A stretch of DNA of 64,000 nt from a virus. Its lineage: Duplodnaviria; Caudoviricetes. Positions 1 to 8,983 of the stretch are shown here, in pieces. The stretch lies in IMG/VR virus record IMGVR_UViG_2887127144_000001; one strand, given 5' to 3'. The notes beneath the pieces were generated by a model, which saw only the letters and a program-made list of their open reading frames with translations, was not told the origin of the DNA and made no database searches. A program made the translations under genes and the position numbers. Positions within the stretch are counted from its first letter, which is position 1. Every line of letters begins with the position of its first letter.

Positions 1-156
1 GGCATCCGACTGCTCCAATCAGGGAAGGTTAGGGATCGCCCTGGAGTCCTTCCATTCTACTTGATCCTTCGGCCGGATAAAGCGGGTGCTTGGGCTCGCC
101 CTTGTCCTCTACTTTCCGGTCCCACCCCGCTCATGTGGCCTTTGGACGGGGAAGCT

Positions 157-233
157 GAAGCCGCAGTCGGCCGGGTCAATCCTGCAGCGGGACCCTGCCC
201 CCTTCGGTTGACCCGGCCGCCTCTGGCGGCTTC
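157..233 (+). promoter_or_regulatory. Frpo/ssi-like hairpin promoter 1
   Basis: Perfect IR CGGCCGGGTCAA (168-179) / TTGACCCGGCCG (208-219) plus outer GAAGCCGC/GCGGCTTC; upstream of RBS AAGGAG and ATG 291. Confidence 0.6.
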
Positions 234-290
234 GGGGCGCTCCCGTAAGGCCCGATAGGCGGGCCGGAAACCGAAGAGAAGGAGAACACC

Positions 291-557
291 ATGTCCACCC
301 CCGCCCACAAACTCCGCGATGGCTGCCTGCAGGCCGTGATCTGGCGAAACCACGGCGAACGTGGCACCTACTACACGGTCAACGTGGCTCGCAGCTACCG
401 CCAGGGCGACGAAACCTGGAAGGAGACCGACTCGCTCAACGCCGACGACCTGCTGGCCATGGCCGAGCTGCTCCGCGAGGCTTATGCCTGGATCAAGACG
501 CAAAAGCGGGCCGACGCCAAAGGGCTGCGGGAACGCGATGGCGTGACTGCGAAGTAG
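291..557 (+). CDS. Small conserved mobile-element protein, possibly ssDNA-binding (PC4-like)
   Basis: 88 aa ORF with AAGGAG RBS; pattern AVIWRN...YYTV...RSY...WKETDSL..DDLL; fold assignment is inference. Confidence 0.7.
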   Translation: MSTPAHKLRDGCLQAVIWRNHGERGTYYTVNVARSYRQGDETWKETDSLNADDLLAMAELLREAYAWIKTQKRADAKGLRERDGVTAK

Positions 558-563
558 CGGAAC

Positions 564-590
564 CGGGGCGGCTTCGTGCCGCCCCTTTAT
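564..590 (+). terminator. Intrinsic terminator-like hairpin
   Basis: GGGGCGGC-ttcgt-GCCGCCCC-TTT after the stop at 557. Confidence 0.55.
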
Positions 591-603
591 CATGGAGGAT
601 GCT

Positions 604-801
604 ATGTCACCGAAATTCAGCCTGGAAGAGTGCCTGAAACGCTATTTGTACGACCTCAATGCACGCCTGTACCTGGAATCCACTTCGCCGCCGGTGCCGG
701 AAAGCCACAAGGAATGGCTGGCCGAAATTGTGACTCAACAGGAGGATATCCGTTGCGTCCAATACTGGCTGGCGCGGGTGCAGTCTGGGGAAGTGATCTG
801 A
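604..801 (+). CDS. Hypothetical protein
   Basis: ORF with GGAGGA RBS before ATG 604. Confidence 0.55.
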   Translation: MSPKFSLEECLKRYLYDLNARLYLESTSPPVPESHKEWLAEIVTQQEDIRCVQYWLARVQSGEVI

Positions 802-808
802 GCGGAGC

Positions 809-843
809 GGGGGCGGCTCCTTCGGGGGCCGCCCCTTTCGTTT
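809..843 (+). terminator. Intrinsic terminator
   Basis: GGGGCGGCTCC-TTCG-GGGGCCGCCCC followed by TTTCGTTT. Confidence 0.7.
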
Positions 844-870
844 GACATCTCCGCAGGGCCGCGCTACTGT
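842..870 (+). promoter_or_regulatory. Sigma70-type promoter
   Basis: TTGACA-N17-TACTGT upstream of ORF 980. Confidence 0.55.
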
Positions 871-979
871 CCCCTCGCTGCGGCGGCGTTCGCGCGACGA
901 CCACGGTCCCGGGAGGCCGCCCCCTGAGGCCGGTGGTTAATCAGCCCGGCCCGCAGCACCTCGATCAGCAAGGAGGCCT

Positions 980-1498
980 ATGCCGAGAAAGTCCAGAGCC
1001 AAGAAAGCCCAGCCAGAATCCCCCGCCACCGAGCCCACGCCTATCGCCGCCGTTCTCGAAGAATCTCCTGCCATGGAGGCCATCCGGGCGAGCCGCGAGG
1101 CCAAGGAGCGGATCGAGCAGGAATACCCCTTGCCCGATCCCGCCCTCCAGCTCCCCGCGCCGGAGCCCAAGCAGGCCGAGCCGCAGGCCCCCGCCAAGCC
1201 CCGCTGGACCGACCGCTTCAAGTCCATGCGGAGCTACCCGCAGGAGGGCGTGCGGATGGTCGAGTCCCTCGACCACAGCCGCGTCGGGATAGCCTTCGAC
1301 AACGACAAGCCGCCGACTTCGGATGAGAAGCTCGCCATGCAGTTCCCCGACGAAAGTCGCAGGGATCACGGCTTCGCCTATGACAAGAAGCCGAAGGTCT
1401 GGGAGCAAGCGGCATCCCCCGAAAGCCGTGACGCCGCGATCAAGCTGGCGGACACGATCGCCCAGCGTCGCCGGGAAGAGTCCGAGCGTGAGCGCTAA
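980..1498 (+). CDS. Hypothetical protein with Pro/Glu-rich N-terminus and Arg-rich C-terminus
   Basis: 172 aa ORF, AAGGAGG RBS; ends AQRRREESERER. Confidence 0.75.
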   Translation: MPRKSRAKKAQPESPATEPTPIAAVLEESPAMEAIRASREAKERIEQEYPLPDPALQLPAPEPKQAEPQAPAKPRWTDRFKSMRSYPQEGVRMVESLDHSRVGIAFDNDKPPTSDEKLAMQFPDESRRDHGFAYDKKPKVWEQAASPESRDAAIKLADTIAQRRREESERER

Positions 1499-1772
1499 GC
1501 CCGCCACCGGGCGAGACTTCCAGCCCTGCCCGGAGAAGCCCATCGTCTTCGGGCCAGGGGGCGTCCCTGAAGCCCGAGAACGGCTGCTCTTCGAGAAGGT
1601 CACCGAGCTCGCCTTCTCCCAGAACGAGACCTGCCGCGTCAGCCGCGAGCGGGACTCCCTGGCCAAGGCCCTCGAGCAGATCGCAGCCGGGCATGTGCAG
1701 GAACCGCGGCAATTCGCCAGCGAGATCCTCGCCAGACTGGCGAGCGGTAGCCTCCGGAAGGTGGGCGCATGA
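1488..1772 (+). CDS. Hypothetical protein
   Basis: GTG start overlapping the upstream gene end; ATGA overlap with the next gene. Confidence 0.55.
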   Translation: MSAKPATGRDFQPCPEKPIVFGPGGVPEARERLLFEKVTELAFSQNETCRVSRERDSLAKALEQIAAGHVQEPRQFASEILARLASGSLRKVGA

Positions 1773-2008
1773 CCTGGCAGAACCGCATCAAGGGCATCCA
1801 GGTCGGCGACACCGTCCGCTACTCACGAACCTGGCTCCAGTCCACCGGCACAATCACCGGCGACCTGCCTCGGGCCAAGGGCATCGTCACGGCCATCAAG
1901 GACCTCGGCAGCACGAAGATCGCCACCATCGAATGGGACAAGCCGGACATCCCGGAGCGGGTGAACGTCGCCAATCTCTCGAAGGTGAAGCAGCGCGAGG
2001 TTGAGTGA
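1769..2008 (+). CDS. Small SH3/KOW-like hypothetical protein
   Basis: 79 aa, IQVGDTVRY...GIVTAI pattern; translationally coupled. Confidence 0.6.
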   Translation: MTWQNRIKGIQVGDTVRYSRTWLQSTGTITGDLPRAKGIVTAIKDLGSTKIATIEWDKPDIPERVNVANLSKVKQREVE

Positions 2009-2277
2009 CCCGAGGCTCCGCAGGCGGGCGGGAGACGCTCAGGAGGCACGGGGTCGAGCACTTCCGCGAGATCGGACGCAAAGGCTTCCAGAGCTTTACA
2101 GACCGCTACTTCCAAGGTGACCGGCAGCAGGCCGGTGACTGGCTCAGGACGCGGGCCCATTAGCGGCGGATCGAGTCGTTCGTGGAGCGGGAGCTTGCCC
2201 GCAGGCTCGAAAACGGTGAGCGGACGGTCTGCGAGGAATTGCCCGTGCTCAGTGAGCCGGGCGAGGTTCCTTTTTAA
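2005..2277 (+). pseudogene. Small ORF interrupted by an in-frame TAG (2161-2163); KGG-like motif and EVPF tail
   Basis: GTGA overlap start; MTRGSAGGRETLRRHGVEHFREIGRKGF...RAH*RRIESF...PGEVPF*. Confidence 0.55.
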
Positions 2278-3348
2278 TCATGTAATTTCATCGTGATCCC
2301 CGGATTGCCCGCGAACGACGTGGACATTCTCGCAACCCGCCTTTTCCAACAGTTGCTCCACCTTGCCCTCGTATCCCGGCGCGGACTCGGGACTGACCAC
2401 AACTTCAAGAATCGCGCCGGCCAGCTTCATCGGAAGGTTGAATCCGGGAACTTTCTTGCTCCTGACATCCTTGGAGACCCGCTTGATCTCCTCCGCCTTC
2501 GGAACACTAGCCTCCATAATTGCTTCGACGCGTTCTCGGTGGAACTCAGGTCCCTCATTCGTGAAAGGGCCCCAAGCTTTCCTGAAGTAAGCGATCGCTT
2601 CCTCCTCGGAACTGAAAGCCAACCGCTCGTTCATATTGATGGTCACTGTTTTTGAGACGGTGAAGTTGATCTTTGCCAGCGCTGGGGACCTGGCGGAGAA
2701 CCTGACTTCCCTTTGGTGCTTATACTTGCTTCGAACGAGCGAGAGGATGCCTTTGGCTCCGTCGTTCAGCGTGAAGTAAACGCCATGGCTCACATAGCCG
2801 ACCTGGCAGACATCCGGGCGAGATGCTTCAGGTAGGTTTTGCGCACCAAGCAGGGCCTCCTTGACCAGGCCGACCGTGGACCGTACAGCTACGCCATCCT
2901 TACCTTGCTTCTTTGAATGGCGTCCCGAGAATCGCCACATCTTCGGATCCACGTTCTCGTTCATTTGCCAGCACGAGGCTCCGTAGAGGTCAGCGGTAGC
3001 CTCTATGGCGTCGTAAAGGTGCGCATTGCTGACCGAGAGGTAGAGTTCACGGAGAGCAGCCGCTTCCTTCTTCTTCAGACCCTTCTTCTTGATCACCTTC
3101 TCGATGTACTTCTCTCTCTGCCTACTCCGGGCGGGGAGCTTGCCCTCGAAGCGGTCCTTGAATGACCATGGGTATCCGAACCAGAGTTGACCAGGAGGCT
3201 GGGGCTTTTCACTGCTCGGAGCGCTAATACCCCAGTCGGCATGGGCTGTGAACGGATCAAGCAACGTGGCAAACTTCGCGGCGTTCATGTAACGCCAAAT
3301 CACGGTTTCCGGCTCGGGGGACTTGGGATCCGTACTCGCCACGGTCAT
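2278..3348 (-). CDS. DUF2971-like protein
   Basis: WRYM..KF, F.D.FEG, SCW, MW, GVAVRST, Y.HQREVR motifs; lower GC than flanks. Confidence 0.7.
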   Translation of the reverse strand: MTVASTDPKSPEPETVIWRYMNAAKFATLLDPFTAHADWGISAPSSEKPQPPGQLWFGYPWSFKDRFEGKLPARSRQREKYIEKVIKKKGLKKKEAAALRELYLSVSNAHLYDAIEATADLYGASCWQMNENVDPKMWRFSGRHSKKQGKDGVAVRSTVGLVKEALLGAQNLPEASRPDVCQVGYVSHGVYFTLNDGAKGILSLVRSKYKHQREVRFSARSPALAKINFTVSKTVTINMNERLAFSSEEEAIAYFRKAWGPFTNEGPEFHRERVEAIMEASVPKAEEIKRVSKDVRSKKVPGFNLPMKLAGAILEVVVSPESAPGYEGKVEQLLEKAGCENVHVVRGQSGDHDEIT

Positions 3349-3911
3349 CGGCTCTCTCCGCCTTGGGTGCCGTGCCTGTCTTTGTTCATGCGGTAGAGCG
3401 CGATGAAGGGGAAGCCTGCGGGCACAGACTGTCCCGCTACTTCGAAGGTGGCGCCACGGGCGTCGAGGACGGTCCGCTCGATCACGTCACCCAACCCTTC
3501 GATCGCGATCCCGACGTCCCTGGTCGGTGAGAAGGAAGCCCCAGAACCCAACCCTACCCCGCCTCGCTTCTTGATCAGAGGGTCACGAGTGGCCGCGGGC
3601 AAGCGGTTCAGAATCTGGTGGGCAGTGAGCCAGGCGTGGCTCCCATTCGTGTCCACTGCATCCTGGACAACTTGGAGCACCTCTTGCTGAAGTGGCGTCA
3701 TCGCTGATGGCTCCTTGAGCGCGTAGAACTCCAGCATCGTCGAGCCAGCCGCCTCGACGATCCGCTCGATCGTAACTAGGCCCGGATTCGCGGTTTCTCC
3801 TCGAACGATCTTCCACACGGCCTGCCGGTCGAGCCCGGCGGCTTTGGCGAGGTCTACGACATTGAGGCCCTTCAGCGCCAGCAGCGAACGGATACGCTGG
3901 GCGGGGGTCAG
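3345..3911 (-). CDS. XRE/Cro-C1 HTH regulator fused in frame to an unknown domain (start uncertain; internal ATG at 3701)
   Basis: LNVVDLAKAAGLDRQAVWKIVRGETANPGLVTIERI HTH; no stop before MTPLQQ, which has its own AAGGAG RBS. Confidence 0.7.
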   Translation of the reverse strand: MTPAQRIRSLLALKGLNVVDLAKAAGLDRQAVWKIVRGETANPGLVTIERIVEAAGSTMLEFYALKEPSAMTPLQQEVLQVVQDAVDTNGSHAWLTAHQILNRLPAATRDPLIKKRGGVGLGSGASFSPTRDVGIAIEGLGDVIERTVLDARGATFEVAGQSVPAGFPFIALYRMNKDRHGTQGGESR

Positions 3912-3968
3912 CCTTATTTCCTCGATGGGGTTGCTTCTCCAGCGGGACGCGAGTCGGCTTCGACCTGA

Positions 3969-3997
3969 ATGGTACGGACCGTCCTGATCCACGTCAA
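3969..3997 (-). promoter_or_regulatory. Sigma70-type promoter for the HTH/DUF2971 operon
   Basis: TTGACG-N17-TACCAT on the minus strand. Confidence 0.55.
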
Positions 3998-4050
3998 CAA
4001 TAGTCCCTCTGGATTTTCTTCGCGTCTCCCCTCCGGGGCCGGGCCATCCC

Positions 4051-4245
4051 GGGGTGCGCTTCGCTCCCGTCGCTACGCGACCTGGCGCCCTCCCTGTCCC
4101 TGACGTGGGAAGAAGGGGCCTAACGCCCCTCGCTGCGTCAAGGACCTCGCAAGTCGCCTTCGCATCTTCCGCGCGCTGCACGCTTGTGCAGACGCTCGGC
4201 GATCCTTGACTGCGCACACCCCCGCTGAGGGCTTTTCCTTCGTTC
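4051..4245 (+). promoter_or_regulatory. Conserved motif plus Frpo/ssi-like hairpin promoter 2
   Basis: GTCAAGGA (4137-4144) / TCCTTGAC (4203-4210) IR with internal hairpins; motif at 4051-4100 repeated at 14666. Confidence 0.6.
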
Positions 4246-4300
4246 CGGTTGAATGCGCGCGGCATTCAACCAGACCTTTTCAACGAAGGAGACCACTACC

Positions 4301-5110
4301 ATGACCACCACCCTCGCGACCCTCTCCAACGAGCAGCTCCGCCGCTCCGCCCCTTCCATCTTCGCCTCCACCCCTTGGCATCGCATGAGCGACCGCTACC
4401 GCTTCGTGCCGACGATCGAGGTCGTGGACATGCTGCGCGACCGGGGGTTCATGCCCGTCCGCGCCCAGCAGAGCCGATCCCGCATCGAGGGCAAGGGCGA
4501 CTTCACCAAGCACCTGATCCGCTTCCGCCACGATAGCCTGCTCGACTCGCCCCGCGTAGGCGAGGAGATCCCGGAGCTCGTGCTGGTCAACAGCCACGAC
4601 GGAACCTCGTCGTATCAACTCATGGCGGGGATTTTCCGCCTGGTCTGCTCGAACGGCCTGGTCGTCCAGTCGGCCGACTTCGGCAGCATCCGGGTTCACC
4701 ACTCCGGCGGCTCCGATTTCCACCAGCGGGTGATCGACGCCACCTACCAGATCGTGGAGGAGGCACCCCGCACGATGGCCGCCATCGAGGAATGGAAGGG
4801 GATCACCCTGACCCGCCCGCAGCAGCTGGCCCTCGCGGACGCCGCCATGGAGATCAAGCCGAACGCCAGCATCCGCCCCGCTCACCTGCTGACTGCCCGG
4901 CGGAGCGAGGACTACACCGACCAGGATGGCCGCCGAGACCTCTGGCGCACGACGAACGTCTTGCAGGAGAATCTCCTCCGGGGTGGCCTGGCCGGGCACA
5001 ACGCGAACGGACGCCGGGTCCGCACCCGCCCCATCAAGAGCGTGTCGGAGGACGTGCGTGTGAACCGTGCCCTCTGGAGGCTGGCCGAGAGGATGGCCGA
5101 GCTGGTTTGA
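4301..5110 (+). CDS. DUF932/DUF945 family plasmid protein
   Basis: APSIFA..S.RY.FVPT, FTKHLIRFR, LVNSHDGTSSYQLMAGIFRLVCSNGL, QENLLRGG motifs. Confidence 0.92.
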   Translation: MTTTLATLSNEQLRRSAPSIFASTPWHRMSDRYRFVPTIEVVDMLRDRGFMPVRAQQSRSRIEGKGDFTKHLIRFRHDSLLDSPRVGEEIPELVLVNSHDGTSSYQLMAGIFRLVCSNGLVVQSADFGSIRVHHSGGSDFHQRVIDATYQIVEEAPRTMAAIEEWKGITLTRPQQLALADAAMEIKPNASIRPAHLLTARRSEDYTDQDGRRDLWRTTNVLQENLLRGGLAGHNANGRRVRTRPIKSVSEDVRVNRALWRLAERMAELV

Positions 5111-5165
5111 GACTGGCGAGGGGGTGGCAGGGATGCCGCCCCCTTCCTTCCTCGGAGTTACGACC

Positions 5166-5438
5166 ATGATCTGGCGCTTCGTCGGCCCCAACCGCGAGGG
5201 GGAGCTTGAAGACCACGAAATCACCGCATCGAGCCTTCCCGAAGCGATCGAGGCGCTCAAGGCAACGCACTGGAAGCCTGGCCTGTGCTGCTCGTATGCG
5301 GTCTGGCACGACTACGCACTCGTGGCCCACGTCTATGAGGGCCTGATGCTGGACACCGGGAAATATGACCTGTACTGGGTGCGGGTTCCGCCGTCGATCC
5401 TCCCCGCAACCTGGCCGCGGAACCCGAGCGATAACTGA
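5166..5438 (+). CDS. Hypothetical protein (paralog of 5464..5709)
   Basis: GGAG RBS; WRFVGPN.EG.L.D...AVW....V..VYEG. Confidence 0.65.
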   Translation: MIWRFVGPNREGELEDHEITASSLPEAIEALKATHWKPGLCCSYAVWHDYALVAHVYEGLMLDTGKYDLYWVRVPPSILPATWPRNPSDN

Positions 5439-5463
5439 GGCCTCCCTTCACCGGAGCATTCCC

Positions 5464-5709
5464 ATGCCCTTCCGCTTCATCCGCCCGAACTCTGACGGCA
5501 CTCTGACCGACGTCACGGTCGTGGCTTCGGACCTGGTGACCGCGTTCCATCAGTTCATGCATCATCATCCCAGCCTCAGGGGCTGGTTCGCCGTGTGGTG
5601 CGGCGTGCGACTCGCCGGGTATGTCCACGAGGGAGAAAATCACCTCGTTCTGACCGACCTCAAGTCAGAGCCGCCCAGCTACGCGAACCCGTTTGCTTGT
5701 GGGGATTGA
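5464..5709 (+). CDS. Hypothetical protein (paralog of 5166..5438)
   Basis: GGAG RBS; FRFIRPN.DG.L.D...AVW....L..YVHEG. Confidence 0.65.
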   Translation: MPFRFIRPNSDGTLTDVTVVASDLVTAFHQFMHHHPSLRGWFAVWCGVRLAGYVHEGENHLVLTDLKSEPPSYANPFACGD

Positions 5710-5781
5710 ACAGGAGGAGGTGCGGGAGAGGAGGCCCGCCCCGCAGGCCGCGAGGCTCGCTTCGCTCGCCAGCGTGATCAA

Positions 5782-5835
5782 CACAACGTGTAAATAATCG
5801 CTTGACCGAAGGATCAGGCTGCGCTACACGTTGTG
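5782..5835 (+). promoter_or_regulatory. Promoter bracketed by an 11-bp inverted operator pair
   Basis: CACAACGTGTA (5782-5792) / TACACGTTGTG (5825-5835) around TTGACC-N17-TACACG. Confidence 0.6.
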
Positions 5836-5860
5836 ACGTAACCAGCAAGGAGGCTGCAAC

Positions 5861-6346
5861 GTGGATACCATCGAATATTACACCCAAGATAAAACCCAGT
5901 GGGGACGCGGCGATTGGGAAAGCGAACCCGACAAAAAGCAGTGGCTGGACCAGGCCACAGGCTACCCTTGCCTGATCGTTCGAGGACCTCTCGGCGCGCT
6001 CTGCGGCTACGTCGGCGTCTCGAAGGACCACCCACATTTCGGTAAGGACTACGAGGTTCCGAACGTCGAGGTTCACGGTGGCCTGACCTTCGCCGGAGCC
6101 TGCCAGCCAAATGCCGACGAAGCCCGCCACATCTGCCATAAAGTGGATGGCGAGGACCATGTCTGGTGGTTCGGCTTTGACTGTGCCCACTACCGGGACT
6201 ATGTGCCGGGGATGAGGTCGATCCGCCGCGAGGCTGAAATGGTTGATCCCTTTGGGGGCTTCGAGAGATACAGGAACCTCGCCTATGTGACCGGAGAGGT
6301 CGAGTCGCTCGCCCAGCAACTCAAGTCGCTGGCGGTCGCCGCATGA
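5861..6346 (+). CDS. Conserved phage hypothetical protein
   Basis: GALCGYVGV...VEVHGGLTF...WWFGFDCAH motif typical of phage accessory genes; AAGGAGG RBS. Confidence 0.8.
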   Translation: MDTIEYYTQDKTQWGRGDWESEPDKKQWLDQATGYPCLIVRGPLGALCGYVGVSKDHPHFGKDYEVPNVEVHGGLTFAGACQPNADEARHICHKVDGEDHVWWFGFDCAHYRDYVPGMRSIRREAEMVDPFGGFERYRNLAYVTGEVESLAQQLKSLAVAA

Positions 6347-6531
6347 CCCCCGAGGAACTCAAGCCCATCGTCGCAGCGTGGGGCGGGCCGGAGAAGTTCG
6401 CCAAGCTGATCGACGTGAAGGAGCGAACCGTTAAGGCATGGCTATACGGGGAGCGCGGCATCAAGCCGCCCGTCGCCAAGCTGATACGGAGCCTGAAACT
6501 ACCGAAACCAAGGAAGGAACTCAGTGAATGA
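6343..6531 (+). CDS. Small HTH DNA-binding protein
   Basis: EKFAKLIDVKERTVKAWLYGERGI. Confidence 0.7.
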   Translation: MTPEELKPIVAAWGGPEKFAKLIDVKERTVKAWLYGERGIKPPVAKLIRSLKLPKPRKELSE

Positions 6532-6893
6532 GCGACATAGTTATCAAAGGCGACGCCATCGAAGCCATCATGGCAGCAGCAGCGATCAAAGTGTTCAAGG
6601 ACAAAATCGAAGGCTGGCAAACGCCGCTTGGACCGATCATTGAGGACGCCTTCAAGCTTCACTCCGAAGCCATTCGCAAGGCGGTTTACACGGCAACAGC
6701 AGAGTGCGTCAACTCGCCAGACTTTGCCAAGCAGCTTGTCCACCAGCTCAACCACAAGCTGGCGAACTTGGTGATCAATAAATGTAGCGGATTGGTAGAA
6801 AAGTCCTTCAACAACTTGATGAGAGATGAGGTTCTGAGAACCCGGCTGCAAACCGCAGTGATCGAGATCATCGAAAAGGAATCGGGTGCATGA
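6528..6893 (+). CDS. Hypothetical protein
   Basis: 121 aa coupled ORF (ATGA overlaps). Confidence 0.65.
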   Translation: MSDIVIKGDAIEAIMAAAAIKVFKDKIEGWQTPLGPIIEDAFKLHSEAIRKAVYTATAECVNSPDFAKQLVHQLNHKLANLVINKCSGLVEKSFNNLMRDEVLRTRLQTAVIEIIEKESGA

Positions 6894-7132
6894 ACACCGA
6901 GGCAACCCTCTGGCAGCCGATCGAGACCGCGCCCAAGACCGCCCTGAAGCGGATCGACCTGCTCGACGCCGGCAAGCGCCGCGTGCCCGACTGCTACTGG
7001 TCTCGGCATCACCAGAAATGGCGCTCGAAGCACTTCGACCAGTACGGGCAGCGGCTGAAGATCCGCCGCCCCACGCACTGGATGTTCGTGCCGAAGCCGC
7101 CGAAGGCCGAGACGGCAGCGGGGATCCTGTGA
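6890..7132 (+). CDS. DUF551-like phage protein
   Basis: WQPIETAPK...PTHWM..P.PP motifs. Confidence 0.8.
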   Translation: MNTEATLWQPIETAPKTALKRIDLLDAGKRRVPDCYWSRHHQKWRSKHFDQYGQRLKIRRPTHWMFVPKPPKAETAAGIL

Positions 7133-7296
7133 TCTGCCACGTCTGCGAAGGCTCCGGCTGCCACATGCTTATCCGCAACTGGAAGCCGGAATACTGGCCG
7201 TGCCCCTGCTGCCGGTACGCGGGCGTGACGGTGATGTACGGCCCGGCAACCATTGGACGAGCGAGGCTCGTAAGAACGCAACAGAAGGAGAGATAG
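7129..7296 (+). CDS. Small Cys-rich (zinc-finger-like) protein
   Basis: CHVCEGSGC...CPCC; GTGA overlap. Confidence 0.5.
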   Translation: MICHVCEGSGCHMLIRNWKPEYWPCPCCRYAGVTVMYGPATIGRARLVRTQQKER

Positions 7297-7299
7297 ACC

Positions 7300-7719
7300 A
7301 TGGAAGGAAAGAAACAAGATGTCGGGCTGACCGCCCCCACTTTTCAAGAGCGAGTTGGAGCCTGGATGGACGCCTGCTTCGGGCCCGTGATCTCCGCCGA
7401 CAAGGTGGAGAGGAACCACCGCTTCCTTGAGGAAGCTCTGGAACTGGTTCAAGCCTGCGGAGCTACGCGCGAGGAGTGCCTGCAACTCGTGGACTATGTT
7501 TTCGGACGCCCGGTCGGCGAGCCGAAGCAGGAGTCGGGCGGGGTCTCCGTCACGCACGCCGCCCTCTGTCTGGCAAACGGCATCGAAGTGCACGAGGCGG
7601 CAGAAGTCGAGCTTAGCCGGGTCTGGACGAAGATCGAGCAGATCCGGGCGAAGCAGGCGGCAAAGCCGAGGGGCTCGGTGCTCCCGATCTCGCCGAGCTA
7701 CAGCGGCGCGGAAGGGTGA
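7300..7719 (+). CDS. MazG-like nucleotide pyrophosphohydrolase-fold phage protein
   Basis: FQERV..W...CFG...RFLEEALELVQA...QESGGV. Confidence 0.6.
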   Translation: MEGKKQDVGLTAPTFQERVGAWMDACFGPVISADKVERNHRFLEEALELVQACGATREECLQLVDYVFGRPVGEPKQESGGVSVTHAALCLANGIEVHEAAEVELSRVWTKIEQIRAKQAAKPRGSVLPISPSYSGAEG

Positions 7720-7726
7720 GGCGGTC

Positions 7727-8251
7727 ATGGGATGGGGAGATTGCGGCACCGACAGCAAGGGAAGGCCGATCGGCTACGTTCACGCGGCGACTTGCGACCA
7801 TCCCGGATGCGACGCGAAGATCGACCGGGGACTGGCTTACGCTTGCGGCGGAATGCACGGGACTGGCGAAGGCGGCTGCGAGGGGTACTTCTGCGAGAAG
7901 CACCGCTACCATGTCGAGGACCCGTTCGGTTGGGTCGGCAGGCAGGAGGGCTTCGCTGTGCTGTGCGAGGCCTGCAAAAATGAACACAACGCCTACCTCG
8001 TCGAAGACCTGATCGAGGAACTGAAAGAACTTCGCGAGGGTCAGATCATGGCGCCCACCGACGCCCAACTCGCACGCCTGCGCGAGACGCTCCGCCCGAC
8101 CATCGAGGAATGGGCTCGCGACTACGGCCTGCCGATGGGCAAAGAGCACGCCCAGCTCGAGAACCGTCTGGTGGCCGCGCTGCTTGCAATGCACGAGAGC
8201 GGGACGATAACGATTAACAGCAAGGCCGAGGGGCCGGAAGGAAGAGTATGA
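7727..8251 (+). CDS. Cys/His-rich hypothetical phage protein
   Basis: CDHPGC..IDRGLAYACGG.H...C.GYFCEKH. Confidence 0.7.
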   Translation: MGWGDCGTDSKGRPIGYVHAATCDHPGCDAKIDRGLAYACGGMHGTGEGGCEGYFCEKHRYHVEDPFGWVGRQEGFAVLCEACKNEHNAYLVEDLIEELKELREGQIMAPTDAQLARLRETLRPTIEEWARDYGLPMGKEHAQLENRLVAALLAMHESGTITINSKAEGPEGRV

Positions 8252-8344
8252 GAATAGGATTTGTGGAAGGATTATGGGTGGGTATGGCAGCGACGCTAAT
8301 CCTGCTGATTTTGGTCGCAAAGACTTCGATGTGGATTTTGGATG
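8248..8344 (+). CDS. ~32 aa hydrophobic micro-protein
   Basis: MRIGFVEGLWVGMAATLILLILVAKTSMWILG; AAGGA RBS; ATGA overlap. Confidence 0.45.
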
Positions 8345-8417
8345 ATGCGTGTGCCCGCCAAGGTTGGAAGGGCGAGTCCTGCCAGTGCCGGAAGCTCGAA
8401 AAGGCGAAGGTGCAGCC

Positions 8418-8771
8418 ATGACCGCCCCCGACCTCCCCGCCCGCCTCGGTGCCGTTATCCGGCAGCGGCGCGTCCTGCTCGGGCTCTCGCAGCCCGCCCT
8501 CGCCAAGCGGGTCGGGGTGACCTTCCAGCAGGTCCAGAAGTACGAGAAGGGCACGAACCAGCCGACGTTTTGCCGCCTGGTCGACCTGGCGAACGCCCTC
8601 GGCACCACCGTAGGCGACCTGGCCGCGTCCGCCCTGCGTGGGGATGCCGGGGCCCAGGACGGACTTTCCGACCGCGAGACGCTGGAGCTGATGAAGTGGC
8701 TCGCCAGCCTCAGCCCGAACCAGCGGCGGGCCGTGCGGCAGCTGGTGGACGTCATGGCGGGGGCTGCGTGA
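8418..8771 (+). CDS. XRE-family HTH transcriptional regulator
   Basis: RQRRVLLGLSQPALAKRVGVTFQQVQKYEKGTN. Confidence 0.88.
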   Translation: MTAPDLPARLGAVIRQRRVLLGLSQPALAKRVGVTFQQVQKYEKGTNQPTFCRLVDLANALGTTVGDLAASALRGDAGAQDGLSDRETLELMKWLASLSPNQRRAVRQLVDVMAGAA

Positions 8772-8983
8772 ACGCCGGGCAGAACGACCCCCTCATGCCG
8801 GAGAACGAGCTGGTCGCCAAGGCCAAGCTCGACATCCGGGACGGCCGCATCCATTACCGTCTCTACCAGCAGGACGGAACCATGCAGCCGATGGACTGCC
8901 CCGATACGCCGAGCAACCGGCTATGCGTGTCCTGGATTCAGGCACACGACCGCTACACGCCAGGCGGTGCAAATGCGGCGTAA
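8768..8983 (+). CDS. Hypothetical protein
   Basis: GTGA-coupled ORF. Confidence 0.55.
   Translation: MNAGQNDPLMPENELVAKAKLDIRDGRIHYRLYQQDGTMQPMDCPDTPSNRLCVSWIQAHDRYTPGGANAA

Noticed and set aside
2161-2163. Alternative genetic code (TAG reassignment)
   Set aside because: TAG ends several conserved genes at their expected termini and no suppressor tRNA is seen
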